Below, piece after piece: positions 18,584 to 30,047 of a DNA stretch of 64,000 bases (the first letter of the stretch is position 1; each line of letters starts with the position of its first letter). A program made the position numbers and the translations under genes. This DNA is from Escherichia phage PGN6866. The stretch lies in the sequence record MT127620, one strand, 5' to 3'. The notes beneath the pieces were generated by a model. The model was given only the letters and a program-made list of their open reading frames with translations. It did no database searches and was not told the DNA's origin.

Positions 18584-21500
18584 ATGGCTAACATTAAACC
18601 GTGGGAAGAAGCTTCCAAAGCTCCTGCGTATCTGAATGCCTCTCCGGAGCAACAAGCTCAAATGAGAGAACAATATAAGGCAGCAGGTGGCTCTATTCCT
18701 GAGGAACAACCAGTAGCACAACCACAACAAGAAGAACGTGGTGCTATAGGTGAGTTTGCTCAAGGTGTGTCAAATGCTCTTCAATCTGGTGGTGCAAATA
18801 TTGCAGCTAGTGCTGCTAAAGGTATTGGTGGTTTAGTTGAGATTGGTGAGAATCTAGCTGGAGCACAGACTAGTTATGGTAAGCGTATCCAAGAGAACTC
18901 TCAGAACCTTCTGAAAGAACGTATGGATAAGATTGAGGATGGGATTGGCAAAACTGTCGGTCAGTATGCTGGCGTTGCTGGCGATATTGGTATGACTGTT
19001 GCTAACCCATTGGCTGCTGCTGCTATCATCGCAGGTCGTGAGACAGGTCGTGCATATGCAGACCAAACCCCTGAAGAGGGAGAAGATAAGTCTATTCTAG
19101 ATGCAGCCTTAGTTGGTGGTGCTAACTATGCGGCTCAGAGAATCCTTCCGGGTGCTGTTGGTACAGCTGAGTCCACACTTGGACGTATTGGTCAGAACGT
19201 TGCTAGTAACGCAGTGGCTGGTGCTAAAGGTGGTGCTCTTGTGGGTGCTGCTGAAGCTCAGAACAAGCACGGAGATGACACAACCTTTGCTAATGTATTA
19301 GAAAGTGCTATCGAAGAAGGTGCTATGGGTGCTGCATTCGGTGGTGCAGTTGGTGGGGTTCATGGTTTGATTAGCCGTCCGGATTCTGCTGTCTTCAAGA
19401 ATACTCCAGAGTATGCGAAGACTGATATTGCTGCTGATGACGAACTGATTCGTAGTGCTAAGAATATTGATGAATTGAAAGAAGCTTACTCTAAAGCTGA
19501 AACTGCTAACGCTGCTTCTGCTCTGAACCTTCTGGATGAGAATGGATTCCGTATTACAGATGCTGTTGCTGTAGATTCTCCTGCTGCTCAGCGTATTCTT
19601 AATACTGACCAAGCTCGTGCTGAGAAAGCTGCTTCCGTTCAGAAAGAACATTCCAACATTCCGGGCCTCAACCCTTTAGCTTCTCCTGCTAAGACTCGGG
19701 GTAAAGCATTCGCTGATAACGAGCACAACCAGAAGCAGGCTGTTGCTATGAAGGATGCAATGGCTGATTACACCAAAGACAACACGAAAGCCCTTACAGA
19801 TGTTCTAGATAACCTAGACCGTGAATTAACTTCTCTCCGAGCTTCTGGTGATTTTACTGGTAGTCCGATTGATATTAAGAACCGTACACAAGCCGACCGT
19901 GATTTCATTGATGCTTATAAGACTTTCTACAATGAAGCAAATCGATTCAAAGCTCGTGATGGTGAAGACTTTAATAACTTTGTAGAGAAAGCTGCTGAAC
20001 TACAGAAGATGGCTGATAATGTTTCTCCAGAGATGAAGAAAGCTATCGGTGGGTTGAAGAAACTGAAAGGTATGCCTGAAGGTTTTAATCCTATTCAAGA
20101 TGCTTACACTCTGAATAATACAGCTAAGTTTATGAGTAACCAAGATCGTGGTTGGACTTCCCTGACTGATGATGGATTCCGTGAGGCTTCTTCTCCTAGT
20201 CTGGTAATGAACACTCTCGGTGCTGCTAAATATGCTCTGAATCGCTTCTCTTCTCAGCGTGCCCGTTCTCAACGTGTTAAGCAACAAGAGTCTAACAGTG
20301 AAGCTATCCGCTCTCTGGCTCGTGGTGATTTGGAAGTTGCTCGTGCTAAATCTACTGCTGATGAAGCTCGTGCTAAAATGGAAGAAGAACCAGTTGTTGA
20401 TGACATTAAATTTAAGACGCAAAATGACGTAGAAACCGAACCGGTTCGGGAGCCTTCTTCTAGTACTGTGACGGAAGAAAATCTTCCTTCTTCTACTCCT
20501 CAAGAAACCCCTCTCACAGCTCGTGATTTAGTTGCGCAAAGACGCGCTATCCGTCAGGCTGAACAGCGTCGCGCTGAAGAAGAGGCAGCAGCAGCAGCTC
20601 AAGAAGCTCCGGTCGAACAAGCTCCACAGGCTGAACCTCTCCCTGCTCGTAACCCTCTAGAGGAGCGTCGTGCAATGGAACAGCAACGTGCTCAAGAAGA
20701 GGCCGCACAGGCTCCAGAACCAACCGTAGAGGAACCAACAGTCAAAGCTGAGCCATTACCTGCTCGTGCTCCTAAAGCTCCTAAGGAAGCTGTACAGGAC
20801 GTTAAACCGGCAAGTGGTGTAGAACGTTTAGCTGCTATGTCTAGTGCTGCTCGTCAGGCTACTAAAGATCGTGCAGAACGCTTTGCTCGTTCTCTGTACT
20901 CTAAGGCTGCTAAAGCTAAAGCTACTGCTGAAAACTTCTTGGCTTATAAAGGCGATCCTAAGGAACTGATGCGTCGTATTCGTCAGGAAGATAATGCTAT
21001 CAACACTGAACGTCATGAAGAAATGGCTCGTAACCAGCTGGCTTCTCAGCAAGGTATTGCTACTGCTAAGAACAACACTGTACGAACTAATTTTGCTGAA
21101 TGGGTTAAGGAACGTGGCCTGCCAGAAGATATTGCTACTAAGGCATTACGTGCTGAAGAGAAAGGCTTAGGTGGGAACGTAACTAACTTGGATAGTCTGA
21201 AACGTCGTGCTGAAAGGTTGTATCAGAAGCAGCGTGAGGATGAGTTTGATAGACTGTACCAACAAGCTCTAGAAGAGAACAAAGCTTTCGATAAGAAAGA
21301 TGCTCCTAAACTGGTTGATCAGAAGAAAGAGCTTCAGTCTGAGATTGATGCTTTGATTGATTCAGAACCTTTACGTCCTGCTCAGAAAGATGCTATGCGT
21401 AAGCTGATGAATGACTTTGTAGATGGGAAGTTTAAATCTTCAGAGAAGGCTGGTAGGGAAGAGGCTTTGGAAGTTGGTCAGATGAAGGATATTTGGGATG

Positions 21501-23008
21501 GGTTTATTAACACCTATAACAGAGAAGTGAATGCCTTCAACAAAGCTAACAAGAACTCTCAGTATGAAGCTGCTGCTAAGCATTTACAGGCTCGTGAAGA
21601 ACGTCTTGCTACCCTCAGGAAAAAAGCTCAGGCTCGTTCAGATGCTAAGGCTGCTGTTGAGAATGAACGTAAAACTCTAGAGGCTATTGCAGCTCAGAAG
21701 AGTGAGATTGAGAAGATGATGGAAGGTTTACCTAAACCTGTTCGTGAGGCTCAGGAATCTCGTACATTGAAACAGTTGGCTGCTCACCATGACAAGAACT
21801 CTCCAGTTCCTCCAGAGAAGTTCCGTAGTTACATTGAACGTATCCACAACGCCGAGTCAGATTACCTTGATCGTCAGCGTCGTTTAACTGATGCAGAGGA
21901 AGACGCTCGTCAGGCCAAGTGGAACAAGATGTATGAGCAAGCGGAAGAAATGAACCGTAAGTTTGATGTGGACAAGAGAGTTAAGCGCAGTGAAGAGCTT
22001 AAAGCGGCCCAAGAGCGTGAGAATGACCTTATGGCAGTACAACGTCAACGTGATGACATTCATCTCCGCCTGATGCGTACTATGGAAGATAAGGGCATAT
22101 CTAGAGAGGATGCTGAAGCATTTGCTGGTTCCTATATGGATAACCGTTATGCACTTCTTGAGAAGCCTATGACTCCCACTGAACATCAGAATGCTCGTTC
22201 TCGTATCGAAGCTGATGTTGAGAAGTTTGCTAAGAAGTACGAATCAATGACTCCTATCGAGAAAGAGATTGTTAAGGTTACTGGAGATACTGAAGGTAAG
22301 CTTGATAACTTGGATGCGGATACTAGGAAGGCTATTGAGGAGGCTCAGAAGGTTGACTCTGATATTAAGAAACTGCAAGAGGAAGAGTTGGAGATGGAGA
22401 AGATTCGTTCTGCTCTGCCTGATGATGAAAGATCTCAAGCAAATTCTGATATCTTGGAAAGCATTAAACAACAGGAAGAGGTCTTTGCTGATAAAGTAGA
22501 GAAAGCTTTCTTGAGTGGGAAGAGCTTGGATGAGTTGGCTAGTGTGGCTGAAGTTTTAGACAGGGTTCATGGTGCAGATAAGGCTGGTAACAACCGTCGC
22601 TTTGTACGTGCATTGCAGACTGCTGCTGAAAACAAGAAGAAGTATGGTGATAATCCAGTAGCTTGGTTTAGTGCTGATGATTACTCTGCCATTGCTAAAC
22701 TTGGTGCTTCTTCCGCAGGTGGTAACAAATCCAGAGCACTGGAGAAGATCTTTGGTTCTACAGCTGAACAGGCTAAGAGTAAGTTGCTTGGTAGGGATGA
22801 TGTAGCGAAGATTAGACGTGTGATTGAAGAGAACCCTGATATCAAGATTCCTTCTTACAAGACAACGAATCGTACTGAGTACTTGCAGTTCTTGGAGAAG
22901 TTTAATGACGAAGGGAAGCCGAAGATTAAACGTGGCTCATTGTCAGAGAAGCTTGAACGCAGTAAGCGTCAATCGAGACTCCGTGTAAGAGTTCGACCTA
23001 AGGAGTGA
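18584..23008 (+). CDS. Large coiled-coil-rich virion protein (~1470 aa), candidate internal/ejection protein
   Basis: Start moved to ATG with RBS aaaaggagac; long charged alpha-helical repeats; last gene of structural module. Confidence 0.7.
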   Translation: MANIKPWEEASKAPAYLNASPEQQAQMREQYKAAGGSIPEEQPVAQPQQEERGAIGEFAQGVSNALQSGGANIAASAAKGIGGLVEIGENLAGAQTSYGKRIQENSQNLLKERMDKIEDGIGKTVGQYAGVAGDIGMTVANPLAAAAIIAGRETGRAYADQTPEEGEDKSILDAALVGGANYAAQRILPGAVGTAESTLGRIGQNVASNAVAGAKGGALVGAAEAQNKHGDDTTFANVLESAIEEGAMGAAFGGAVGGVHGLISRPDSAVFKNTPEYAKTDIAADDELIRSAKNIDELKEAYSKAETANAASALNLLDENGFRITDAVAVDSPAAQRILNTDQARAEKAASVQKEHSNIPGLNPLASPAKTRGKAFADNEHNQKQAVAMKDAMADYTKDNTKALTDVLDNLDRELTSLRASGDFTGSPIDIKNRTQADRDFIDAYKTFYNEANRFKARDGEDFNNFVEKAAELQKMADNVSPEMKKAIGGLKKLKGMPEGFNPIQDAYTLNNTAKFMSNQDRGWTSLTDDGFREASSPSLVMNTLGAAKYALNRFSSQRARSQRVKQQESNSEAIRSLARGDLEVARAKSTADEARAKMEEEPVVDDIKFKTQNDVETEPVREPSSSTVTEENLPSSTPQETPLTARDLVAQRRAIRQAEQRRAEEEAAAAAQEAPVEQAPQAEPLPARNPLEERRAMEQQRAQEEAAQAPEPTVEEPTVKAEPLPARAPKAPKEAVQDVKPASGVERLAAMSSAARQATKDRAERFARSLYSKAAKAKATAENFLAYKGDPKELMRRIRQEDNAINTERHEEMARNQLASQQGIATAKNNTVRTNFAEWVKERGLPEDIATKALRAEEKGLGGNVTNLDSLKRRAERLYQKQREDEFDRLYQQALEENKAFDKKDAPKLVDQKKELQSEIDALIDSEPLRPAQKDAMRKLMNDFVDGKFKSSEKAGREEALEVGQMKDIWDGFINTYNREVNAFNKANKNSQYEAAAKHLQAREERLATLRKKAQARSDAKAAVENERKTLEAIAAQKSEIEKMMEGLPKPVREAQESRTLKQLAAHHDKNSPVPPEKFRSYIERIHNAESDYLDRQRRLTDAEEDARQAKWNKMYEQAEEMNRKFDVDKRVKRSEELKAAQERENDLMAVQRQRDDIHLRLMRTMEDKGISREDAEAFAGSYMDNRYALLEKPMTPTEHQNARSRIEADVEKFAKKYESMTPIEKEIVKVTGDTEGKLDNLDADTRKAIEEAQKVDSDIKKLQEEELEMEKIRSALPDDERSQANSDILESIKQQEEVFADKVEKAFLSGKSLDELASVAEVLDRVHGADKAGNNRRFVRALQTAAENKKKYGDNPVAWFSADDYSAIAKLGASSAGGNKSRALEKIFGSTAEQAKSKLLGRDDVAKIRRVIEENPDIKIPSYKTTNRTEYLQFLEKFNDEGKPKIKRGSLSEKLERSKRQSRLRVRVRPKE

Positions 23009-23017
23009 TAAAAGAAA

Positions 23018-23050
23018 AGCCCCCAACCGAAAGGAAGGGGGCTTTATTAT
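23018..23050. terminator. Bidirectional terminator between convergent modules
   Basis: aagccccc/gggggctt 8-bp stem flanked by A-run upstream and T-run downstream. Confidence 0.55.
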
Positions 23051-23198
23051 TTCTAAGTTTTAAAAACCATCAAATTCGTCATACATCCCAATTTTCTTCA
23101 GAGGTCTGGATGTTCATCTTCAAAGCACCCTGAGATACCACCAGTGAACCAATCTGCTTTACTACCAAGAATTACAACTTCTTCACTCATACGTCCTC

Positions 23199-23360
23199 CT
23201 ATATTGTGTTTATAAAATTAGTAAGTTTCTCTTCACTTTCATCAAAAGCTTTTCCAGCTGCTTCCATCTCCCAAGTATCGGCATTGTCAATAAAGCTCTG
23301 AGCTTCTAATAGGTCGTGGATTAAGTCGAAGAGTTTATTTTTATCTGCTTGTGTGATCAT
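23199..23360 (-). CDS. Small hypothetical protein (53 aa)
   Basis: Hand-translated ORF below track size cutoff; acidic helical protein. Confidence 0.3.
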   Translation of the reverse strand: MITQADKNKLFDLIHDLLEAQSFIDNADTWEMEAAGKAFDESEEKLTNFINTI

Positions 23361-23368
23361 GTCAGTTC

Positions 23369-23596
23369 CTAGATTAAATCGTAATACTGAATAATGTCAG
23401 AGAGTTTGAACTCTCGAATCTCATCTTTCTCTACATCTATCGCTGTCATAATCCAACAAGGTTTGCCACCGTTATGAAAACGGGAGCTAGCAACGGAGGT
23501 TCGGAGTGGAATAACGGACCGGTCAGCAACCTCGCCTCTCCAATTGCGATAGCGAAAGCGAAGCACTTGTTGCGTAGATTTTTGATCATCACTCAT
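23369..23596 (-). CDS. Hypothetical protein (start trimmed to internal Met to avoid overlap with HNH gene)
   Basis: Track ORF 23369-23737 overlaps the HNH gene by ~150 nt in another frame. Confidence 0.4.
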   Translation of the reverse strand: MSDDQKSTQQVLRFRYRNWRGEVADRSVIPLRTSVASSRFHNGGKPCWIMTAIDVEKDEIREFKLSDIIQYYDLI

Positions 23597-23990
23597 TTCC
23601 TTTTTTGAATTGTTTTCTTGCATCATTCTCTTCTTTTGTTTTAATCTTATGACAAGGGTCTTTACACAGAACCTGAAAACCTTCTTTCTCACATAGAGCA
23701 CGAGAGATGATTTCATCCCAAGTTGCTTCATGGTCAAGAGGAACTATAGGCTCTATGTGGTCAATAGCCATATCCTTTACAGGGCGGTCAGAACCACACA
23801 TGGCGCACTTAAAGTGCATTGCCAGTCTGCCTGTCTTTGGATTAATCTTTTGCTCTGTCTTGGCGTCTGCTAGTGCATCGAACATTGGCTTCCACTTTCT
23901 AGTCAGAGAACGAATCCCTGACTTGATGAAAGAGTTGTAACGAGCTTCAGTCCACATTCCAGAGCATCTAGTCTTCTCAGCTTTCGCCAT
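23589..23990 (-). CDS. HNH endonuclease
   Basis: C..C...IDHIEPI...LC..CH motif. Confidence 0.75.
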   Translation of the reverse strand: MAKAEKTRCSGMWTEARYNSFIKSGIRSLTRKWKPMFDALADAKTEQKINPKTGRLAMHFKCAMCGSDRPVKDMAIDHIEPIVPLDHEATWDEIISRALCEKEGFQVLCKDPCHKIKTKEENDARKQFKKGNE

Positions 23991-24168
23991 AACCTACACT
24001 CATATCATCTTCTTCCCATACACGTTTATCCACTCGGTGTGATACTTTTTCACGTTTTTCTTTGATATAGCGGTTGCCTAATTCGTGGCTATATTTAATA
24101 CGCTGCTCTTTACGAGATTCACGGTTGGAGGAGTTTTCATCATATGAACGATAATCAAATTTACCCAT
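23977..24168 (-). CDS. Small basic hypothetical protein
   Basis: ORF, 63 aa. Confidence 0.45.
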   Translation of the reverse strand: MGKFDYRSYDENSSNRESRKEQRIKYSHELGNRYIKEKREKVSHRVDKRVWEEDDMSVGYGES

Positions 24169-24181
24169 TATAATATCCTTA

Positions 24182-25000
24182 TTACCAAGATTTATCTAAC
24201 CATGTCCAGTCGAACAGGTCTTCCGGAGTCTGACCAACAAAGAGCAGCCGAGCATTCTCAAGCATCTTCTCTTCATCTTCAGTATCGAACTTCTTATAAT
24301 ATTCCATTCGTACTATATGATACATGGTCCACTTATCTGTAACACCAGCCAACAGATTAGCTGCTGCTTTCTTTCCAACACCTTGGCGTCGTAGCTGGAG
24401 CTTACCACCCCACATAACTTCTTTACGTTCACCGCATCCGGGGATATTATCTGTACCATCCCCAATCAACATTTGATAGAAGAAGTTTTGCCATGATACC
24501 AAATCAGATACATAATGAGGAGGTACTTCTCTTTGTTTCTCTCCACAAGCCCAGCGATAATGCCATCCGGGGGTTATTAATAAATCTTTGTCTCTAGTAC
24601 AGATGATGGTGTTCTTATCCCTACGCTGTCTCTCAGCTAGCGCATCATCAGCCTCTCTTCCAAACACATCAATGTATTCGTACTTGTCTTTGATGTAATC
24701 TCCAACATTCTGCCAATGGAATGGTCTTTCTCCAGGAGGTCTATTTGCTTTGTAACCTTGTTGCTTGGCAACATCGAAACGGAAGTTACCACCTTCGCTG
24801 AAGTAGAATACAACCTTACTACAACCCGAGCGAGCTATGATTGTATCGATCTTGTACTGAAGTCGTTCAATCATGAAATTGTAATCAACTGGAACACGTC
24901 CTGTGTCAAGAAAGGGATGCTCCTGAGTAAGAGCACCCACTTCATATCGAAGAACGTCAGCATCCACTATAGCTACCTCAGGGAGCTTAACGTCTTCCAT
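24182..25000 (-). CDS. 5'-3' exonuclease / flap endonuclease (PIN-like, T4 RNase H / T7 gp6 class)
   Basis: Acidic motifs D..VL.Y, YKANR, E.DD, TRDKD, IGD.TDNIPG typical of FEN-family nucleases. Confidence 0.8.
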   Translation of the reverse strand: MEDVKLPEVAIVDADVLRYEVGALTQEHPFLDTGRVPVDYNFMIERLQYKIDTIIARSGCSKVVFYFSEGGNFRFDVAKQQGYKANRPPGERPFHWQNVGDYIKDKYEYIDVFGREADDALAERQRRDKNTIICTRDKDLLITPGWHYRWACGEKQREVPPHYVSDLVSWQNFFYQMLIGDGTDNIPGCGERKEVMWGGKLQLRRQGVGKKAAANLLAGVTDKWTMYHIVRMEYYKKFDTEDEEKMLENARLLFVGQTPEDLFDWTWLDKSW

Positions 25001-25001
25001 A

Positions 25002-25528
25002 TTATTCTCCTAACAACTTACGGATTTCATTGCGGAAGTTATCATACTCTTCAGGGTATTCAAACCCACACTCAAGAAGGGCGTAGTGAACAACCTTCAA
25101 CAAATCCTGAACCTTATTCTTATCTTTGTGTCGATAAGCGTATTTGATCATATTGGTTTGTTGGAAGTTCAACTGAGGGTTTGCATGGTAAAACTCAACA
25201 GGCTGAATGATTTTAGATTCAGGGTTATAGTGTGCACCCCCAACCATAGTATCTAAAGCTGGATTTCTTTTGCTGGTTTGTTCAGTTGTAGGCTTAAAAC
25301 TGACTACAGGAACAGAGGAATAAATTGGATACTCTTCACCTACTGGCGGCTTTACTATCAACCTTTTCATTGCATACCGAATTTCTGTATCAGCAGAACA
25401 CGAAGAGATTTCTTCAACAGATTTACGATAGCTATCAATAACTGCACGTAACATAGAAATCGTTCTGGTCTTATCTCTTAATTTGTGACACAGATCAGCA
25501 ATCTCTTCTTCCATAAGGTTAAACTTAT

Positions 25529-25538
<10 letters not shown>
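25002..25538 (-). CDS. Hypothetical protein (178 aa)
   Basis: ORF adjacent to FEN gene. Confidence 0.55.
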
Positions 25539-27024
<1,486 letters not shown>

Positions 27025-27025
<1 letters not shown>

Positions 27026-27288
27026 TATTCTATTCCACGCTCTTTCAGAGCTTCTAACAATCCGTTGTGATTGGCAGCACATTCTGTGTACTGGTCCTGA
27101 TACCACTCCAACGTAGTGGCTAGTGCTTTTCCTTGAGCACTTTCTAAAAGAGGCAGGTCAACCCTACATTCAGCTTTTAGGTTTGTTGGTAAGGGCATTG
27201 ATTGCCTGCTGTTGTCGCTCATTGAACAAGCTGACATACTCATCACTAGCGCAGACATTATAAAAAACTGGTTTAGTTTTCTCATAAT
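27025..27288 (-). CDS. Candidate o-spanin (Rz1-like lipoprotein) overlapping the i-spanin gene in another frame
   Basis: Signal peptide with lipobox-like MSAC followed by Pro-containing region; start overlaps 27170-27520. Confidence 0.5.
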
Positions 27289-27520
27289 GCATCTCTTTAT
27301 AAACGGTTTCCGTGTTCTTCTTCCAGTTAGATAAACCGGTAAGAACCCTCTGAGCAACTTCATCAGCTGCTCTACTTCTTTCAATCTCTAACTCTTGCTG
27401 GTGCTTCTCTTTGTCCAGATTACTGCTGTCTGTTTGATATTCGTTAAACTTCATACCACCAAAGAATACAAGAGCTGAGAAAACGATAAACCCTAAGTTG
27501 TCACTTAATGTGTTTTGCAT
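27170..27520 (-). CDS. Candidate i-spanin (Rz-like: N-terminal TM helix plus coiled coil)
   Basis: LGFIVFSALVFFGG TM then charged helical region; ATG with RBS ggaga chosen over track GTG inside the terminator. Confidence 0.5.
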   Translation of the reverse strand: MQNTLSDNLGFIVFSALVFFGGMKFNEYQTDSSNLDKEKHQQELEIERSRAADEVAQRVLTGLSNWKKNTETVYKEMHYEKTKPVFYNVCASDEYVSLFNERQQQAINALTNKPKS

Positions 27521-27531
27521 GTTGTCTCCAA

Positions 27532-27556
27532 CGAAAAAAGCCACCCGGAGGTGGCT
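27532..27556 (-). terminator. Rho-independent terminator after SSB-like gene
   Basis: gccacc-uccg-ggtggc hairpin followed by U6 on the minus strand. Confidence 0.5.
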
Positions 27557-27577
27557 AAGCTATAACAAGGAGAGTTA

Positions 27578-28324
27578 TTAGAATGGGCTATCGTTGTCGT
27601 CTTCGTAAGTAGAAGCAGGCTCTTTATCAATCGTAGGGATTGAAGGGGTAGCTTCTTTCTGCTCTGTTTCAGAAGCACGAGTAATTTCACGACCAGCCAG
27701 AGGCATGTTCTTAGCGTCATTAGCTTGAGTAAGCAGGTTGCGCTGGAACGGGAACATCAGTTGATAGGATGCTACGTTCTCATCGGTTTCAGCATACGGT
27801 TCGAAGAATACCAGAGGACTACGAGCTTCACCAACTGCTGCACGATATTTGGTTGGGATTGGAGAAATAGTCTTGATGGAGTTTTTAACTTCACCAGCTT
27901 TGTTAGTGTAAGAGTTAACCAGAATGTTAACAGGCTGACCTAACAGAACATCCTTGAACCAAGACAGATCACCTTTCAGTGCTTGAATACTTGGGTCAAT
28001 CATCTTGCAAAGATCAAGAATACCAGAGTTCTTAGCTCGTGGGTTTACATCATAGCTCTTGAACTGGCAAGCCGGACGTGGTTCTAATGCCTTACCATCG
28101 GAATCTTTACCAGTAGCATCAACACCAATCAGCTCGAAAGCTAAATCCATACGGAAAGCCGGATTCTTAGGAGTCACTGCTTTGGTCTTCGGGTCAACCC
28201 AAGGGTCACGATTGTGAACACCCAAACCTACTACACGAACGATACGTGCTTCGTACTCACCATCAGGGATGATGTCGTAGTTGGATTTACGAGAAGAAGT
28301 TGCGATAGTTGGAATCATAGACAT
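27578..28324 (-). CDS. Candidate single-stranded DNA-binding protein (T7 gp2.5-like acidic C-tail ending in Phe)
   Basis: C-terminus YEDDNDSPF; position in replication module. Confidence 0.5.
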   Translation of the reverse strand: MSMIPTIATSSRKSNYDIIPDGEYEARIVRVVGLGVHNRDPWVDPKTKAVTPKNPAFRMDLAFELIGVDATGKDSDGKALEPRPACQFKSYDVNPRAKNSGILDLCKMIDPSIQALKGDLSWFKDVLLGQPVNILVNSYTNKAGEVKNSIKTISPIPTKYRAAVGEARSPLVFFEPYAETDENVASYQLMFPFQRNLLTQANDAKNMPLAGREITRASETEQKEATPSIPTIDKEPASTYEDDNDSPF

Positions 28325-28383
28325 ATTTTAATTTCCTTATTTAATTTGAAAGATTGTTGCTCTCTTTGAGCGGTTATGTATAG

Positions 28384-28392
28384 TATACATTA
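28384..28392 (-). promoter_or_regulatory. TAATGTATA motif in minus orientation, candidate promoter for leftward genes
   Basis: Reverse complement of the motif seen at 1610 and 18537; located in AT-rich intergenic region. Confidence 0.35.
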
Positions 28393-28455
28393 CGCTTATA
28401 CCGATAAGAGTACTATATAATATAAGTATCTTTGGTAGTAGATATAACACACTAG

Positions 28456-28466
28456 TAATGTATATA
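28456..28466 (+). promoter_or_regulatory. TAATGTATATA motif in plus orientation
   Basis: Third plus-strand copy; would drive transcription antisense to minus-strand genes. Confidence 0.3.
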
Positions 28467-28560
28467 TTGTATAGCTGATAAAGTTATTGCAGGCTTGTAT
28501 ATTGGGCAATTCACAGAATCCCTTGCAAGTACCGAAGGGCAGGAGCCACCTGCGAGATAA

Positions 28561-28626
28561 AAATAGAGAATTAAGGAATCCTTGATTTAGGTTGTAGGGA
28601 CTCCTAGGGACTTTGATTCTCTATTT
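28561..28626. repeat. 11-bp inverted repeat (aatagagaat / attctctatt) enclosing tandem tagggact direct repeats
   Basis: Perfect IR arms ~45 nt apart; tagggact at 28595 and 28605. Confidence 0.5.
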
Positions 28627-28740
28627 AAAAGAATATTAATTACTTATTACCTAAATAATTAACTAACTTACTTAAACCAAATTCAATAAGAATAGATAAA
28701 AAGATTATTCCTAAGAAAGCTAAAAAGTAAAGGATATAAG

Positions 28741-28917
28741 TTACCATTCAAGTAAACCTTTAAAGTTAGACTGTTCTACTATCCTCTGATAACGAAGATT
28801 AGAATCAGCTTGTTTCTTTAACATCTCATTATATTTATCTCTGATAGAGTCTTTATAAACTACAGGTTCTTTAAATAATGAGATCTTCTTTTTCTCAGAG
28901 TTAGATAGTACATCCAT
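28741..28917 (-). CDS. Small hypothetical protein
   Basis: ORF; start trimmed to internal Met. Confidence 0.35.
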   Translation of the reverse strand: MDVLSNSEKKKISLFKEPVVYKDSIRDKYNEMLKKQADSNLRYQRIVEQSNFKGLLEW

Positions 28918-29128
28918 CACAAGTAAGATCTCCGAGAAGGGACAGCGATAACAAACGAGACTGCTCATCGCTATACAGTTGATCAATCTCTTCTTTAAGT
29001 TTTGCCAACTCGATGAAATTTATAAGTTGACCATGTTCAAGACAGTCTGTTTTTAGTATAAATAAAACTTCAGCGTCTGTTGAATCTTCAGTTGAATATT
29101 TATCAATGTATTCCATTTTCACTCCCAT
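28901..29128 (-). CDS. Small acidic hypothetical protein
   Basis: ORF. Confidence 0.45.
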   Translation of the reverse strand: MGVKMEYIDKYSTEDSTDAEVLFILKTDCLEHGQLINFIELAKLKEEIDQLYSDEQSRLLSLSLLGDLTCDGCTI

Positions 29129-29131
29129 AAA

Positions 29132-29275
29132 TTATGACCAAGACTTAGCTTTTACTTCAACATATGTTTTAACTTCACCTTTCAAGACTTCCTGAGAAGC
29201 ATTTGCACTTTCCTCAGAGTGATGTACAACGGTGATCTCTTTCTTTCCAATCTTATAAGTGTGAATCCAAATCAT
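29132..29275 (-). CDS. Small hypothetical protein (47 aa)
   Basis: Hand-translated; start overlaps upstream stop (ATGA). Confidence 0.35.
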   Translation of the reverse strand: MIWIHTYKIGKKEITVVHHSEESANASQEVLKGEVKTYVEVKAKSWS

Positions 29276-29439
29276 ACTTCTTCCTTGTATTCCCAATTTC
29301 TTTCATAATACCCAGAGTTATAGTTTAGGGCGCACTTCTCGGCCTCTTCTATGTCGTCAGTGTTTAGGATATTTACCCATCCTCCAACTTCATCAAAACC
29401 TTCTTCTACTTCGTTAAACCATACACTATACTTTTTCAT
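29272..29439 (-). CDS. Small hypothetical protein
   Basis: Start trimmed to ATG overlapping stop of upstream small ORF. Confidence 0.45.
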   Translation of the reverse strand: MKKYSVWFNEVEEGFDEVGGWVNILNTDDIEEAEKCALNYNSGYYERNWEYKEEV

Positions 29440-29612
29440 CGAGAAGTTCTTCCCCAATCTTTTACATAGCATCGACCGTTAACCCACTTTGTCTCTGACT
29501 TAAATTCCTGAGACAATCTCACTTCACAGTCTTCTCTACTGGCATCTCCTCCGATATCAATCAGATACAGGAAAAGAGCTATACCTAAAGCCCAAAGAAT
29601 TATCTTTTTCAT
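29436..29612 (-). CDS. Small membrane protein (58 aa, one N-terminal TM helix)
   Basis: Hand-translated MKKIILWALGIALFLYLI...; ATGA coupling to upstream gene. Confidence 0.4.
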   Translation of the reverse strand: MKKIILWALGIALFLYLIDIGGDASREDCEVRLSQEFKSETKWVNGRCYVKDWGRTSR

Positions 29613-30019
29613 CGAATCACCAAAGGCTCTTCAGAGTACACAGGAGCGGCTATTTCTACAGGAGGTGCTGCCCTAAGGTCATTAAGTCTTACGCCCTTCA
29701 GCATACCATCTAGGTGGTCCTTTTTGGGGATTCCAACAGGGAAGTCATCAATCCAGATATCGACGAAGAAACCTAACTGTCGACACACCTCATCCTTCTG
29801 CACACCATTACAAAAGATGACAGGGATTTGCAGGGTCTCTGCATCATAGAGGATATCCACGTTATCATAACCATTAGGCTCTGAGAAACGGAAAGTAACG
29901 AATCTTACATCATGTCCATACCCTTTCATCAATCCTATCACATCTCTCCACAGTCGTCTGTCTGCTGTGTAAGTGTCATCATAATCTAAACCAATATTCA
30001 TGTCAAACCCTTTAGACAA
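29609..30019 (-). CDS. HAD-superfamily phosphatase (possible nucleotidase)
   Basis: Motif I DYDDT near N-terminus and WIDD motif. Confidence 0.5.
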   Translation of the reverse strand: MSKGFDMNIGLDYDDTYTADRRLWRDVIGLMKGYGHDVRFVTFRFSEPNGYDNVDILYDAETLQIPVIFCNGVQKDEVCRQLGFFVDIWIDDFPVGIPKKDHLDGMLKGVRLNDLRAAPPVEIAAPVYSEEPLVIR

Positions 30020-30020
30020 G

Positions 30021-30043
30021 AAAAGCCGCCCGAAGGCAGCTTC
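30021..30043 (-). terminator. Rho-independent terminator (gcugcc-uucg-ggcggc + U-run on minus strand)
   Basis: Hairpin with UUCG loop followed by uuuuc. Confidence 0.5.
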
Positions 30044-30047
30044 TTAT

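Noticed and set aside
19113-22499. Multiple short ORFs on both strands inside the 18584-23008 gene
   Set aside because: Alternative-frame and antisense ORFs within a long, well-supported coding region.
23369-23737. Full-length 122-aa track ORF
   Set aside because: Its N-terminal ~47 codons overlap the motif-supported HNH gene in another frame; only the C-terminal part (23369-23596) is retained.
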